From Phoronis australis (lineage: Eukaryota > Animalia > Phoronida), in NCBI GenBank assembly GCA_002633005.1, contig NMRA01000040.1, positions 742,395 through 806,394 of the forward strand: a stretch of 64,000 bases of DNA. Direction: 5' to 3'. Under the pieces are notes generated by a model, which searched no databases, was not told the origin of the DNA, and worked only from the letters and a program-made list of their open reading frames with translations. Each line of letters begins with the position of its first letter. Positions within the stretch are counted from its first letter, which is position 1. This document shows positions 62,425 to 64,000 of the stretch, piece after piece. Both the position numbers and the translations under genes were made by a program.

Positions 62425-63520
62425 TACATTGTTACTAGACACAGCTGGAGTCCAATTTCCACCACTTCGTGCAATCGTGGCCTACACAGTGTTCACTCCC
62501 TAGAACACCACAATTTTCGACCCTCCAGGTAGCAACAATTCTCGAGATACACCCCTCCCCTCGTTGCCATAATATTTTCTTCCCATTTCTCTCTTTGAGG
62601 TGGGATCCTGCACAACTTGAAGGTCCTTGGTGAATTTAATGTGCGTTGACTTTCAAACTTAGTGGAGAATAATTGGCCATAATGACCAAAGTTCGAGCAT
62701 GCACTGAAAACAATTGCTTCCAAGGGCATCCAGAACACCTCGGGTGTTTTCGTAACCTCAAATTTCACCTAATAGGTGAACGCACTGTGCAAGTGTGCAG
62801 AGTTCAGTTAGCACATTATTCTCAATACTGAAAATCATGTGACTTCCATATTTTCGATAACATTAATCTCTGAGAGGATAGTTGAGGCTACGAAAATAAC
62901 CGAAGTGTTTCGAAGAAAAATTTGTAAATAGGAAAATAGCCGAGGTGCTCTAGATGTTCCGAGGATAAATTTGTAGCTACGAAAATACCCGAGAGATGTC
63001 CCAAATGGACCCTAAGCTTTAGTTTTATGCATAATCTGGTACTAGAAGAATCTCCACCTACTTAGACAGTGGCTAAAAAACATTAGGTATGTGATCTGAG
63101 GTTTGGAGTTCAATGAAAATGTAGCCTAATGTTACAAATGCACGATCTTTTTATAAGGGTTAATGCTAACAACTGAATTCTTTCGTAGTAATTCTTGGAC
63201 AGCTGTCTTTTTCACTCATTAAGCTTGAAGAAGCCGGCTCAGAGATTCCTATTGTCACAAATGAGCCTGGTGCCCAAAGTTTTAAAAATACAGGTATCGT
63301 AATAAAACCCCTTCTGCAGTAGGAAAAGGTACCATTTGCAGTGTTTTTAATTTCCAGAGTGAAACCCATTGTATTCATGTGAAAAAGTTTTCTTTGATAG
63401 GGATTTTTTTCAAGCACCATTTTGAAGAGAAATTGTTTGAAAGAAATCACCCAGCTGAGTTTCATGTCCTGTATAAACCTGTGGGAGTACCCCCCTTGGA
63501 ATGGTTTAAGGAGAGTATCC

Positions 63521-64000
63521 TGTGTTAGATCTTTCGTTCGTCGTCAACAACGCAGATGGTTACTCTAATTAACGATTTATTCTACACTGGAAAAACCAAA
63601 GACAATTGCCAACATGGTGGCTAAACCGGAAGTAACTGTTCCGCATAAAACATGCCTACGACTAAATCACTATACTACATTCCTTCCCCCCTTAAACATG
63701 AGAGCAACTACTTGTTTAAAACAAAGTCATCAAATCGTGATGGGACTTTAATAGTCCGTTTTGGTCGTTCCATACTCCGTTGCGGTTCGCCTGATGGCTC
63801 AGCAGATGGAGACTACTCTGGTGCAGTCTCGCGTTCAACGAATGGTTTTACAAATGAACTGTCTCTGGTGAAGGTTCCCTGTGGACCTTCTACAGTCACT
63901 GTATGTCCTTCCTTCTCCTTAAGAACGTAAGGTTCTGCTTCAAATTTGGGATCTAATTTCCCAGACGATTTAGTGTTCTTGAGTAACACACTTGTCCCAA
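63521..64000 (-). mobile_element. Ty3/Gypsy LTR retrotransposon 3' end (integrase C-terminus, PPT and 3' LTR)
   Basis: The minus strand reads GTSVLLKN...KLDPKFEAEPYVL...TRDSSFVKPF..*..RPKRTIKVPSRFDDFV* (GPY/F-type module, one internal stop). Then come the polypurine tract AAGGGGGGAAGGAA (63680-63693) and a 159-bp LTR TG...CA (63679-63521) containing AATAAA. Confidence 0.85.

Overview
Eukaryotic, AT-rich, intron-rich genomic DNA from a draft assembly (N gaps at 7284-7470 and 24134-24537; single-N joins at 41686, 46625 and 57098). It is probably a marine invertebrate; that is inferred from gene structure and repeat types. I rebuilt the gene models by hand from GT-AG boundaries with consistent phases. 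The genes are: the last 3 exons of PIH1D3/DNAAF6 (+); a 3-exon small-TIM chaperone TIMM10B/Tim9b (-), head-to-head with a 5-coding-exon arfaptin (+); a 40-exon UGGT (-, 23972-56749, ending KEEL); and a damaged RING/B-box TRIM-like ORF (+). Repeats include several non-LTR retrotransposon fragments, tRNA-derived SINEs, several MITE families, a Helentron-type element and the 3' end of a Ty3/Gypsy element. The most notable observations are four. (1) A 338-bp inverted pair of Penelope-like 3' ends, carrying a variant minimal hammerhead-ribozyme motif, lies downstream of the arfaptin stop. (2) The TIMM10B/arfaptin divergent pair matches the human TIMM10B/ARFIP2 arrangement. (3) UGGT has duplicated splice acceptors that would create stop-containing isoforms. 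(4) A 44-bp-period hairpin array lies downstream of arfaptin. No CRISPR, rRNA or real tRNA genes were seen, and I found no clearly new multi-gene system.
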